Source: a virus. From it: DNA of 64,000 bases. The stretch lies in the UHGV virus genome UHGV-0018639; one strand, written 5' to 3'. Position 1 is the stretch's first letter; the number at the start of each line of letters is the position of its first letter. Shown here piece after piece: positions 26,939 to 36,372 of this stretch. Made by a program: the position numbers and the translations under genes. The notes under the pieces are model-generated. The model saw nothing but the letters and a program-made list of their open reading frames with translations. It had not been told where the DNA came from and did not search any database.

Positions 26939-28234
26939 ATGGCATTGACATTTGGTACTCTTGATTTTGCTGTTGCTTTTAGCCGTCAGACGGCATTCCC
27001 TCTGGACGCTAAAAGTTATTTTGAAAGTTTAGAACTTGCTCAAGCAGCCGCGGCAACCGCGCAAGAAGCAGGCAGTTCTGAAACCGTTTATTATTTTGGC
27101 CAAACTATTGCTGTTGTTGAAAATAGCAAGGCTACTCTTTATGTAATTCAGCCTGACAAAACTCTCAAAGAGGTTGGCGGCAATATTGCCATCAATGAGA
27201 ACGTTTTTGTTAAAACTGATGATAAGCTTGACCTTCTTGGATTTGCTGGCGCTGTTGCTGGTGCGCAACTTGTTAAAAGCGCCGATGGTAAACTTAGCTG
27301 GGTAAAGCCAGACACTACTACAGTTGAGGGGCTTTCAACAAGCGTAACGGCTCTCGAACATACCGTTAATGGTTATACTGATGATGATGGTGTTGTTCAC
27401 GAAGGTCTTGGCACTAAGGTTTCTACTTTGGAAACTAAAGTGGGTAATGTCTATACAAAGTCTGAAGTTGATGCAAAAGTTTCCAGTGTTATGCGCTATA
27501 AAGGTAGCAAAGATACCTACGCCGAGCTGCCTTCTGAGGGGAACGAAATCGGTGATGTTTGGAATGTTGTAGGCGCTGATACCACAAATGGCGTGCGCGC
27601 CGGTGATAACTTTGCTTGGAATGGCACTGGTTGGGATAACCTTGGCGGCGCAGTTGTTCTTGATGGTTATGCGACCAAAGATGACCTCATTGGAAAAGTT
27701 GATAAGGTTGAAGGCTCTCGTTTGATGACTTCAGCCGAAGGCGAAAAACTGGCTGGTATAGCGGCTGGCGCGGAAGTCAATGTTGTAAAGTCTGTCGATG
27801 ATGCAGAATTTACACTTGATGAGAATGGTAAGCTCAACATTAAGGCTCTTGGTCAAAGTAAGATAACTGGCTTGGCCGATGCACTTGCTGGTAAGGTTTC
27901 TACTGAAGCTGGCAAGGGACTGTCCTCTAATGACTATACTGACGCTGAAAAGGAAAAATTGGGCGCAATTGAAGCTGGTTCTCAAGTGAACATCCTTGAA
28001 GCCATCTCCATTGGCGGCACTGATGCTCCTATTTCCGACAAGAAAGTTGATATTCCTGTTGCTACTGCCGAGAAGCTTGGTGTTGTTAAGAGTTCTTCTG
28101 AGAAAGACCAAATTGCGGTTGGTGCAGACGGTATTATGTCTATCAATACAGTAAGTCTTTCTAAGATAGTTCAGGCAGCTGATGAAACTCTCATCATAAA
28201 TGGCGGCAATAGTGGCCTTACTATAGGAGAGTGA
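26939..28234 (+). CDS. tail fibre / structural protein with (T/S)xxEKxKLxxIxAGxxVN repeats
   Basis: TDAEKEKLGAIEAGSQVNILEAI...KKVDIPVATAEKLGVVKSS, the phage side-fibre repeat motif. Confidence 0.6.
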   Translation: MALTFGTLDFAVAFSRQTAFPLDAKSYFESLELAQAAAATAQEAGSSETVYYFGQTIAVVENSKATLYVIQPDKTLKEVGGNIAINENVFVKTDDKLDLLGFAGAVAGAQLVKSADGKLSWVKPDTTTVEGLSTSVTALEHTVNGYTDDDGVVHEGLGTKVSTLETKVGNVYTKSEVDAKVSSVMRYKGSKDTYAELPSEGNEIGDVWNVVGADTTNGVRAGDNFAWNGTGWDNLGGAVVLDGYATKDDLIGKVDKVEGSRLMTSAEGEKLAGIAAGAEVNVVKSVDDAEFTLDENGKLNIKALGQSKITGLADALAGKVSTEAGKGLSSNDYTDAEKEKLGAIEAGSQVNILEAISIGGTDAPISDKKVDIPVATAEKLGVVKSSSEKDQIAVGADGIMSINTVSLSKIVQAADETLIINGGNSGLTIGE

Positions 28235-28239
28235 TATAA

Positions 28240-29715
28240 ATGGCAAACACTACATTCAATACAAGAATACAGAATAAGATAGACACTTTTGCAAATTGGC
28301 AAACCAACAACCCCAAGTTGCTGAATGGTGAAATTGCAATTGTTGTCGTCCCCGCAAAAGCTGGCGCGGTTGCTCAAGAGCCAGCCATCCTGTTCAAGGT
28401 TGGCGATGGTGTTAAGTTATTCAAAGAGCTTAGTTGGGCTAGCAGCATTGCAGCCGACGTTTATGACTGGGCGAAAGCATCTACTAAACCGTCTTACACC
28501 GCCGATGAAATTGATGGTTTGGAAGGCTACATTGCTGGCCAGATTCAGGATACCGATACTCAATATAAGATTGAAGTTGATGCTGAAGATGCGCGCAAGT
28601 ATTACCTGTATTCCAAAGATAAGGGCGGCGCTTGGGGCACTACTCCTGTAAGCACCATTACCATTCCTGCCGATAAGGTCTATACACTTGTCGAAGGCGC
28701 AACTAATGGTACTGTAAAGTTTGATGGCACTGATGTTAAGGTCCACGGGCTTGGCTCCGCGGCTTATACTGAATCTACTGCATATGACGAGGCTGGTGCG
28801 GCTAACACTGCACTGCAAAATGCAAAGGTCTATGCAGACGGCAAAGATGATGCGATTGCTGAAGCTAAAACCGCAGGCGATAATGCGCAAGCCGCTGTTG
28901 ATGCACTGAGTGGCAAAGTTGGCACTGTTCCTGATGATAAGACTGTTGTCCAAATGATTGCTGATGCGCAAACCGCGGCAACTTATGATGATACAACCAT
29001 CAAGGCATCCATTAAAGCTAACACTGATGCTATCGCCAAACTAAATGGCGCGAATACTGTTGACGGTTCTGTCGATAAAAAGATAAAAGATGCAATCAAT
29101 AAATTTGCGACTGATGTCAGCGACAATAATACTGTTGACACTTTCAAAGAATTGATTGATTATGCGGCCAGCCACCAAGGTGAATATTCTACTCTTTCTG
29201 GTGAAGTTCAAAAGAACACGACCGCAATAGCAACTTTGAATGGCACTGGCGCTGGCTCTGTCAGCAAGACCGTTAGTGATGCAGTTGATGCCGCAAAAAC
29301 TGAGCTTCAGGGCAATATTGACAATAAAGTTGATAAGGTTGATGGCAAGGGCCTCTCCACTAATGACTATACGACAACTGAGAAGACCAAGCTTTCTGGA
29401 ATTGCCGAAGGTGCTCAGGTCAATGTCATTGAAGAAATTCAAGTCAATGGGACAAAAGTCGCTCCTTCTGGTAAGAAGGTCAATATTCCTGTCCCGACTG
29501 GCGCGCTGGCAAGTAAGAGCGAAGTAGCTAAAACGGACTTGGCCGCGGCTCTTAAAACTGAAATTGAAGGGAAGGTCAATTCAGCCGATTGTGGCGACAT
29601 TATTTCTCATAACGCAAGTGAGTTTGCTGTCGCTAATCACAATCACAAAATTGAAGATCTAACTCAAACAGATTATATAATTTTTAACTGCGGTTCTTCT
29701 TCTACGGTAATATAA
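28240..29715 (+). CDS. tail fibre protein (HylP-like N-terminal domain, long coiled-coil shaft)
   Basis: MANTTFNTRIQNKIDTFANWQTNNPKLLNGEIAIV...KVGDGVKLFKELSWAS, plus TTEKTKLSGIAEGAQVNVIEEI. Confidence 0.65.
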   Translation: MANTTFNTRIQNKIDTFANWQTNNPKLLNGEIAIVVVPAKAGAVAQEPAILFKVGDGVKLFKELSWASSIAADVYDWAKASTKPSYTADEIDGLEGYIAGQIQDTDTQYKIEVDAEDARKYYLYSKDKGGAWGTTPVSTITIPADKVYTLVEGATNGTVKFDGTDVKVHGLGSAAYTESTAYDEAGAANTALQNAKVYADGKDDAIAEAKTAGDNAQAAVDALSGKVGTVPDDKTVVQMIADAQTAATYDDTTIKASIKANTDAIAKLNGANTVDGSVDKKIKDAINKFATDVSDNNTVDTFKELIDYAASHQGEYSTLSGEVQKNTTAIATLNGTGAGSVSKTVSDAVDAAKTELQGNIDNKVDKVDGKGLSTNDYTTTEKTKLSGIAEGAQVNVIEEIQVNGTKVAPSGKKVNIPVPTGALASKSEVAKTDLAAALKTEIEGKVNSADCGDIISHNASEFAVANHNHKIEDLTQTDYIIFNCGSSSTVI

Positions 29716-29723
29716 ATCTACGA

Positions 29724-29770
29724 AAACCCGCCTCGTTTTTAAAACGAACGGGGCGGGTATTTCTATTTTA
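29724..29770 (+). terminator. intrinsic terminator after the long fibre gene
   Basis: AAACCCGCCTCGTTTTTAAAACGAACGGGGCGGGT followed by ATTTCTATTTT. Confidence 0.65.
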
Positions 29771-29782
29771 GGAGGTTTTTCA

Positions 29783-30208
29783 ATGGCTCGTGAATTTCTT
29801 TCAAGAATACAAAATAAACGAGACACCAGTACGAACTGGACAAAAAACAACCCCATAATTCTCAATGGCGAAATTATTCTGGTTGACACAGCGGAAGGTG
29901 AACTCCGCGCAAAAATTGGTGATGGAACTAAAACTTATAAACAGCTGCCATTTTCGGATGAGGTATTGAAAAGCCTCATAAATACGGTGGCGCAAAATGC
30001 AGAGAAAAATGTAATTGTTGGTATTCAGAAAAATGGAACGGATATTAGTGTAAATACCTCTACTCGTAAGGCAAATATCACCGTTCCAACAAAGACGTCT
30101 GAGCTAACTAATGACAGCAGTTTTATCAAAGGTCCTTTTCTAACAGAAGATGAGGTCGATATGATTTGTGGAACGGCTGTGGCAAATGCTTCTAATTTGA
30201 CTTACTAA
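29783..30208 (+). CDS. tail fibre protein (HylP-like N-terminal domain, 141 aa)
   Basis: MAREFLSRIQNKRDTSTNWTKNNPIILNGEIILVDTAEGELRAKIGDGTKTYKQLPF. Confidence 0.6.
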   Translation: MAREFLSRIQNKRDTSTNWTKNNPIILNGEIILVDTAEGELRAKIGDGTKTYKQLPFSDEVLKSLINTVAQNAEKNVIVGIQKNGTDISVNTSTRKANITVPTKTSELTNDSSFIKGPFLTEDEVDMICGTAVANASNLTY

Positions 30209-30230
30209 TTGGAGTAAAGGAGGAATACAA

Positions 30231-31094
30231 ATGGCGCAAACTGAAAAACCCGTAGGCACTCAAGGCATAACACGTCTATGGTATAATTTTATACAGAAAT
30301 TAAATACTACGAAAACTGAACTTCAAGCGGATATTGGCAATAAGGTTGATAAAGAAACTGGCAAAGGGTTGTCATCCAATGACTATACTTCTGGTGAAAA
30401 ATCTAAGCTTGCTGGTATTGCGGCGGGTGCAAATAATTATAGTCTGCCCAAAGCTGGAAGTTCTCTTGGCGGTGTCCAAAGTGGTGGTGACGTGTCTATT
30501 GCAAATGGCTTGATTTCTTATAAATCCACAATGCCCATAGCAAAAGGTGGCACTGGAGCAACCACAGCGGCACAAGCCTGTACGAATTTAGGAGCTTTAC
30601 CTACGGCTGGTGGTACAATGACTGGCCCACTCAAGCTGACAAAAAATGTTCACTATGGCACGACTGAACCTTCTAACCCAGCCGCCGGTCAAATGTTTTT
30701 GAAAGAAGTTAATGTGGCGCAACTTGTATACCCAGTTGGTGCGATTTATATGTCAACTGTTGCAACTAATCCAAAGACGCTTTTTGGCTTTGGTACATGG
30801 GAACAGATTAAGGATACATTTTTACTGGCCGCTGGCTCAACTTATAATGCTGGTTCGACAGGTGGTGAAGCGGAGGTAACATTAGCAACAAAGCAAATAC
30901 CCTCGCACAACCACGCAATCTTTTATCCGAATGCAGGCGCCGGAAATAACTATGCCCCGATTGGTTATCCGAATGTCGGTAGCAAGAGCACATATTGGGC
31001 AGTAGGTTCCTATACAGGTGATGTTGGTGGCGGAGAAGCTCATAACAATATGCCACCTTATTTGGCGGTTTATGTTTGGAAGAGAACAGCATAA
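30231..31094 (+). CDS. tail fibre protein with phage tail-collar domain
   Basis: GEKSKLAGIAAGANNY, KGGTGATTAAQACTNLGA, and the C-terminal GGEAEVTLATKQIPSHNHA...HNNMPPYLAVYVWKRTA collar-domain signature. Confidence 0.75.
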   Translation: MAQTEKPVGTQGITRLWYNFIQKLNTTKTELQADIGNKVDKETGKGLSSNDYTSGEKSKLAGIAAGANNYSLPKAGSSLGGVQSGGDVSIANGLISYKSTMPIAKGGTGATTAAQACTNLGALPTAGGTMTGPLKLTKNVHYGTTEPSNPAAGQMFLKEVNVAQLVYPVGAIYMSTVATNPKTLFGFGTWEQIKDTFLLAAGSTYNAGSTGGEAEVTLATKQIPSHNHAIFYPNAGAGNNYAPIGYPNVGSKSTYWAVGSYTGDVGGGEAHNNMPPYLAVYVWKRTA

Positions 31095-31108
31095 GGTAGG
31101 TGTTCTAA

Positions 31109-32164
31109 ATGGCGCAGATATCTTATCGTGTTGAAAATACGATTTATAACTGGAGCACAACATCGTATCTAAACTATACAACATCATATAATTCACTAAC
31201 CAATCAAACTACAGTTAATTTTGAAAGTTGCGACCAGTCCTATTGGGGCACAGCGAATTATGGTACAAGTGTCACAACAAATATTACAGTCACAGCGGTC
31301 GATAATACTTCTAGCGTGGAGACTTCTTATCTTAAAATTGACGGGCATACGAATGGTGGTACAAAACAATTTATTGGAACCCCATCTCCTGTTTCTGTCG
31401 TGGTGACGCACTCATCAGTAAGTGGTGCAAAACGTGTTAAGATTGACGTTTCTACAGCAATTTTCGTAGCAATGAGTGGTAGTATCCAGAAAACAGCAAA
31501 TGGTTCTGGTACAGCAACCGCTACTTCTGGCACTCATTATCCTAAGCGAACTTTATCAATCAGCGCTGAAAATGCGACTGTAACTTGCCAACGCACAAGC
31601 TCACCTGCTGGTGCGGGAACTGGTATATTGACAAATGGCGCAACGATTTATGATAATGATGTTTTGAAATTTACCTTTACTCCAGCAGCTAATTATACAA
31701 TCAAGACTCACACCGTAAATGGAACTACATTTACATCTGGTCATTCACATACTGTTAGTGGCAATGTCACTGTTGTCGTAGTTGCCGAGCCATCAATTTT
31801 TACATTGTCTCTCAACTATGATAGTGGTGTAAATTTAACGGTTAAACGAAATGGTACAACCTTAGCGAACGGAGCCGTATTGAATAAAGGAGAAGTTTTG
31901 ACTATTACTTATAGTTTAAAAGATGATAGTACAACCTCCATTCAAGAAGCGACTTTAAACGGTATCACAATTTCGTCTGGTGCAACTCATACTGTTAATA
32001 GTAGTGTTATTGTTCGAGTTTATTCTCAAACGAAACAAACTCAATGTATGGTTTATCAAGCTAAAGTGTATAACGGCTCAAGCTGGGTAAATGTGGGCTT
32101 AGTTGAATTCTATGACTCGAAGTGGAAGTATTATGGATACTTGGGTGCCGGGTCTGGTATGTGA
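31109..32164 (+). CDS. Ser/Thr-rich tail fibre or receptor-binding-like protein (351 aa)
   Basis: Low-complexity Thr/Ser/Asn/Gly beta-rich sequence, placed between the fibres and the lysin. Confidence 0.5.
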   Translation: MAQISYRVENTIYNWSTTSYLNYTTSYNSLTNQTTVNFESCDQSYWGTANYGTSVTTNITVTAVDNTSSVETSYLKIDGHTNGGTKQFIGTPSPVSVVVTHSSVSGAKRVKIDVSTAIFVAMSGSIQKTANGSGTATATSGTHYPKRTLSISAENATVTCQRTSSPAGAGTGILTNGATIYDNDVLKFTFTPAANYTIKTHTVNGTTFTSGHSHTVSGNVTVVVVAEPSIFTLSLNYDSGVNLTVKRNGTTLANGAVLNKGEVLTITYSLKDDSTTSIQEATLNGITISSGATHTVNSSVIVRVYSQTKQTQCMVYQAKVYNGSSWVNVGLVEFYDSKWKYYGYLGAGSGM

Positions 32165-32212
32165 ATAAGAAATATAAACCAATTGAGGTTTTACAAAAGG
32201 AGATCAATTCAA

Positions 32213-33194
32213 ATGATAGGTGTAGATCTAAATCAATATCGTAATCTACCCGATTACACACAACTTAAAAAGGATGGCTATGAGTTTGCTATTATAAAAT
32301 TGGCAACTGGTGTATCCTTTACTAATCCTTTATTTCAAACCCAGTTTAGTGGTTGTAAGTCAGCCGGCCTCAACATTGGCGTTTATACTCGTGCCGACAA
32401 GCAACCTACAAGCGGTGCACAGGAAGCTGCCTATGCACTTAATATACTGGGTAATCGTCACGTAGATTTCCCCATTTACTATGACGTAGAGGGAGAAACA
32501 CTAAATCTTTCAAAAGACAAACTGACTCAGCTGATTCTTGATTTTGGTGAAGCAATAAAACGTGCAGGATATCGTTGGGGTATTTATACATCCCGCGCAC
32601 ATTTCAAGTGCTTTGACCTTGACAAGCTAAAAGAGGCTGGCGCATCTATATGGTGTGCCGCCTATGACACACAAGCTGGAATGGAGTGCGACATTTGGCA
32701 AAAGTCAGATAAAGGCTCTATTACAGGATATTCTGGACCAGTTGATGTGGATGTTTTATATAATGAAAGCATAATACAGAAGGAGGAAAATAAAATGAGT
32801 TTGAATTTGATAAAATGTTTTCAAACACAGGGCGCGTGGTATAATCAAACCACAAATGGTACTCCTGTTGGGGTATGTTGGCATGATACTGGCGCTGGTA
32901 ATCCAACATTGAAGCGTTATGTTCAGCCATCTACTAATGACCCTGATTATAATTATTTTATAAATCTTATCGGTAAGAACAATAATGGCAATCACTGGAA
33001 TCGTATGGCTGCAAATCAGGCAGGGTTAAATGCTTGGATTGGTCAGCTTGCAGACGGTAGCGTTGCTACTATTCAAGCTGGCCCTTGGGAGAAACGTCCT
33101 TGGGGCGTTGGCTCTGGTAAATATGGTTCACTCAATGGTGATAAGAATGTACCTAATGATAAGTTTTGGATCCAGTTTGAGATTACATCATCGT
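32213..33194 (+). CDS. endolysin exon 1: GH25 muramidase plus the first half of an amidase-like domain
   Basis: GH25 blocks GVDLNQY..DGYEFAIIKLATG..GLNIGVYTRA..FPIYYDVEG..WGIYTS..IWCAAY. The second domain begins VGVCWHDTGAG. There is an internal in-frame AGGAGG-N8-ATG at about 32789. The ORF-track stop at 33206 lies in the intron. Confidence 0.65.
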
Positions 33195-33525
33195 TAGTCT
33201 CCGCGTAAAGCGATTTGCGTGTAAAAATACATATCGAATTGCTGGGAAACTGTAAAGCTATTCTTGCTACAACGTAAGGATGAAATAAGCCTAAGCGTGA
33301 AAGCCGCGAAAGCAGAAAGAAAAGAATAGATGGCGTATGGTCAAATCCTAAGCGCCGTATAATTGGCAATCAGCAGCTAAGCCTTGAATAGAGGAAAGTT
33401 CAACGACTAAGTGCCTTGCAAGCGATTGGCAAGGACAGTGGTATGTGGCTCATTGAGCTAAAGATATAGTCTGTGCTTCGAGAGAAATCCGAAGGAGCGA
33501 AAGCTCAGTGCGGGGTAGCGACCCG
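33195..33525 (+). ncRNA. group I self-splicing intron (no ORF, about 331 nt; boundaries approximate)
   Basis: Core elements P GAATTGCTGGGAAAC (33236), Q AATCAGCAGC (33368), R GTTCAACGACTAA (33398) and S AAGATATAGTCT (33461), nearly identical to the phoH intron. P1 pairs exon ATCGT with GCGAT (33210), and omega-G is G33525. Confidence 0.65.
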
Positions 33526-34604
33526 TTCTAAACACAAACAGATGCGATGATTACGCACACAACCAGCCTTGCCGCAAGGCTTACTTCGAGCAAGCTTATC
33601 AACAAGCTGTCGAATTTACCGCCTACATTTGCCAACTCTACAATATAGATCCGTTTGGCACTGTCAACTATCGCGGCCACGATGTCCCGACAATTTGTTG
33701 CCACTATGACAGCTATAAGCTCGGCTTCGGCTCTAACCACGGCGACGTCTATCTTTGGTTTAATCGTTTCGGCAAGACAATGGATGACGTTAGACGTGAT
33801 GTCGGCGCACTGATGGGTAAGGTTGTTGTTCCTGACACTCCTGGCCCCGTCATTCCGACTCAACCGTCTAAGCCTTCTAACCCCTATCCGACTCTCAGAG
33901 TTGGCACGCACAGCTCAGCCGTCAAAACTGCACAGCAGCGCCTTATCGCGCACGGTTATAGTGTAGGTTCTGCTGGCGCTGATGGTTGGTTTGGTGAGGG
34001 CACTCTTAATGCCGTCAAGAAATTCCAGTCCGCCAAAGGTTTGACCGTTGATGGTATAATTGGTTCTGCTACTTGGACAGCACTCAATAAGGAGCCAGAG
34101 AAAAAGGAAGAACCCGTCAAGCCTGTGCAACCAAGTGAGCCAGCTAAGCCTGTCCAACCATCCACTAACCGCCCGACAATCGGCGTTGGTGATAGTGGAG
34201 CTTACGTAAAAGAAGCTCAAACAATGTTGAAAAAGCTCGGCTATGACATTGGTAAATATGGTGCCGATGGTGTATTTGGCAACTCTACTAAAGCAGCAGT
34301 TCTCAATTTCCAAAAGAAAAACAATCTTGCCGCTGACGGTATTGTTGGCCCAAATACTTGGGTCGAACTTGACAAGCAAGTTGCCGCACTGTCAAAAAAG
34401 TCTGACAGCTCTAATGGTGTCCCATTCCTTGTCCGAGTAAACTCCAACGCTCTCAATATTCGCAAAGGCCCCGGCACTAACTATGCGATAGCTCGTGTGA
34501 TTACTGACCGCGGCACTTATACAATTATTGAGGTGTCTGGTGAATGGGGTAAACTCAAGAGCGGCGCTGGCTGGATAAATCTGAATTATACTACTAGAGT
34601 TTGA
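33526..34604 (+). CDS. endolysin exon 2: amidase-like C-half, two PG_binding_1 domains, C-terminal SH3b
   Basis: The frame is open from 33519 and joins the 33780 ORF. It contains ...AYQQAVEFTAYICQLYNIDPFGTVNYRGHDVP..., two AVKTAQQRLIAHGY...DGWFG...TW motifs and NIRKGPGTNYAIARVITDRGTYTIIEVSGEWGKLKSGAGWINLNY. The spliced product is about 686 aa. Confidence 0.6.
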
Positions 34605-34609
34605 TACAT

Positions 34610-34641
34610 GACACTCCTGTTTATCAGGAGTGTCTTTTTTA
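34610..34641 (+). terminator. intrinsic terminator after the endolysin
   Basis: GACACTCCTGTTTATCAGGAGTGTC followed by TTTTTTAT. Confidence 0.8.
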
Positions 34642-34648
34642 TGCAAAA

Positions 34649-34689
34649 TTTGATTTTTTTGAAACGATATGTTATAATATATATAGAAA
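34649..34689 (+). promoter_or_regulatory. class-II promoter
   Basis: TTGATT, N18, TATAATATATATAGAAAATGAG. Confidence 0.65.
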
Positions 34690-34707
34690 ATGAGAAAAGG
34701 AGCTAAC

Positions 34708-34962
34708 AAAATGACTTCAAAAGAACTGGTAATAAAAGTGCTCGATAATCACGGTTGTCAGGATGTGTATGCAATCGCGCGTGATGCTAAAAGATTGTTC
34801 AAGGAAGATATAACTCCTTCGTCTGCTGGCGCGGCGCTCCGTTCACTGGCAAAAGAAGGAGAGGTTGGCTCCTCACGAGATGGCAACGGCCGCACAATTT
34901 ATTGGCTGGCCCGCACGAATGGATATCATTGGGACGGCTATTTGAAAGGAGAGGATGAATAA
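34708..34962 (+). CDS. small hypothetical protein (84 aa)
   Basis: ATG after AAAGGAG, class-II promoter upstream. Confidence 0.5.
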   Translation, partial: KMTSKELVIKVLDNHGCQDVYAIARDAKRLFKEDITPSSAGAALRSLAKEGEVGSSRDGNGRTIYWLARTNGYHWDGYLKGEDE

Positions 34963-35346
34963 GTGGATGATAAGAATCGTGGCTATGATGTTTGGGAAAA
35001 CGGTAAGATAATTTATGAGAATGTTCCAATGGATTTTGTTGTCAAGCTGATAAATCAGAGTGGCTCGTCGCTTACAATAATGCCACGCAGTGAGATAATA
35101 GAGCTTGGAACTGGACGGTGGCCACATAATCTGTCGAATGAAGAGCTGATTCAGGAGAATTCGTCTCTTCTTGATGACCTGATGAAGGTTTCAGATGAGC
35201 TAGCCGATACTCGCGCACAGCTTGGTGAGGCGCAGGCGGCTCTTCACTATATGCGGCATTTGTATGAGCAGTTGGAAAGTAAGTATGCAGAGGTCAAACG
35301 TGTGTATAAGCAAATGGAAGGAGCGTTAGAAAAATGCGAACTCTAA
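34963..35346 (+). CDS. hypothetical protein with C-terminal coiled coil (127 aa)
   Basis: ORF track entry. Confidence 0.5.
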   Translation: MDDKNRGYDVWENGKIIYENVPMDFVVKLINQSGSSLTIMPRSEIIELGTGRWPHNLSNEELIQENSSLLDDLMKVSDELADTRAQLGEAQAALHYMRHLYEQLESKYAEVKRVYKQMEGALEKCEL

Positions 35347-35690
35347 ACCGTAAGAAGGCACTTCGCCGTGTAAATAAAGTCGTGCGCGAACTTAATGAAG
35401 GAATAAAACAAGACAATCTTTGGCATGGGCGTTTTTGGATTAGACAGAAGGAATTCTATGTCAGGCCCTATCCTGACAATTCGGGGCTTGAGGGTGTTGT
35501 TGTGCTTGAGTTTCATGACCTCAAGACTGGTTATACAAGCGACAAAATTTTCGACCTGATAAATTTTGAAGCTCCTTTCACTTGGCACATCTGGCGCGAC
35601 CTCAACAATTTCATCGTCGAAGAGTGTGACGTATGGCGTAAGGAAGGCCGCGATGCCCTTTACTCTGATACTACGGTTTATAGACCGTAA
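35334..35690 (+). CDS. hypothetical protein (118 aa)
   Basis: ORF track entry. Confidence 0.5.
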   Translation: MRTLNRKKALRRVNKVVRELNEGIKQDNLWHGRFWIRQKEFYVRPYPDNSGLEGVVVLEFHDLKTGYTSDKIFDLINFEAPFTWHIWRDLNNFIVEECDVWRKEGRDALYSDTTVYRP

Positions 35691-35693
35691 AAT

Positions 35694-35733
35694 TTGATTT
35701 TTCACAAAATTTTAGCTATAATATATATAGAAA
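35694..35733 (+). promoter_or_regulatory. class-II promoter
   Basis: TTGATT 35694-99, N17, TATAAT 35717-22, ATATATAGAAAATGA. Confidence 0.7.
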
Positions 35734-35755
35734 ATGAAAGTGAGGGAAAGAATAA

Positions 35756-36100
35756 ATGAAGAAAATTCTGATACTTACAGCCGAAGGTGCGACTCAGTAT
35801 TTTATTCGCCAGAACACAACAGTGCGGCGGTGTGATAAGAGTGAGGTTCTTTCCCTTATGCTTAAGCCGCATCTCTTCAAAGTAGAGCGACGCCGCATCA
35901 ACGGTGGGGACTTGTGTGCAAATGTTTCGCGCGATGTGGATAGGACGTCGAAGCGTCGATTCGACAAGACATGGTATGCGGCCTATCTTCTGACTTGTTT
36001 CAACTGTTTGTTCCTTGGGTTCAATAGTTCGTTGCCTGATGAAGATTGCGAACATTTCGACACACTGTGGGAATATGCTAAAACTGGAAAAGTTTCGTAA
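35756..36100 (+). CDS. hypothetical protein (114 aa)
   Basis: Class-II promoter upstream. Confidence 0.5.
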   Translation: MKKILILTAEGATQYFIRQNTTVRRCDKSEVLSLMLKPHLFKVERRRINGGDLCANVSRDVDRTSKRRFDKTWYAAYLLTCFNCLFLGFNSSLPDEDCEHFDTLWEYAKTGKVS

Positions 36101-36114
36101 AGGAGGAATGTCTA

Positions 36115-36357
36115 ATGGGTAAAAGTCCAATGCTTGTTCACCAGATACTGCGTGATTGGCGCGAAGAAAGTAAAAGCCCTCCTTTTTCATACAGCTTTGA
36201 TTGGGTGAAAAGACAGATTGATATCTATACGGCGCGGCCCGGCCTTTTGATTGGTAAGGGTGGTTCATTAGCTGAGAAGTATATTGGGGAAATGAAAGCG
36301 GCATATCCTTCTTTCAATATTCGGTTTCACGAACTTGAATTGCATTATGTCAAATAA
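36115..36357 (+). CDS. small KH-domain-like RNA-binding protein
   Basis: IGKGG (the GXXG loop) in PGLLIGKGGSLAEKYIGEM. 80 aa. Confidence 0.5.
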   Translation: MGKSPMLVHQILRDWREESKSPPFSYSFDWVKRQIDIYTARPGLLIGKGGSLAEKYIGEMKAAYPSFNIRFHELELHYVK

Positions 36358-36372
36358 GAAAGGAGCATATCA

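Noticed and set aside
33528-33911. 127-aa minus-strand ORF within the lysin region
   Set aside because: It overlaps lysin exon 2 on the opposite strand, has no RBS, and its composition is an antisense artefact.
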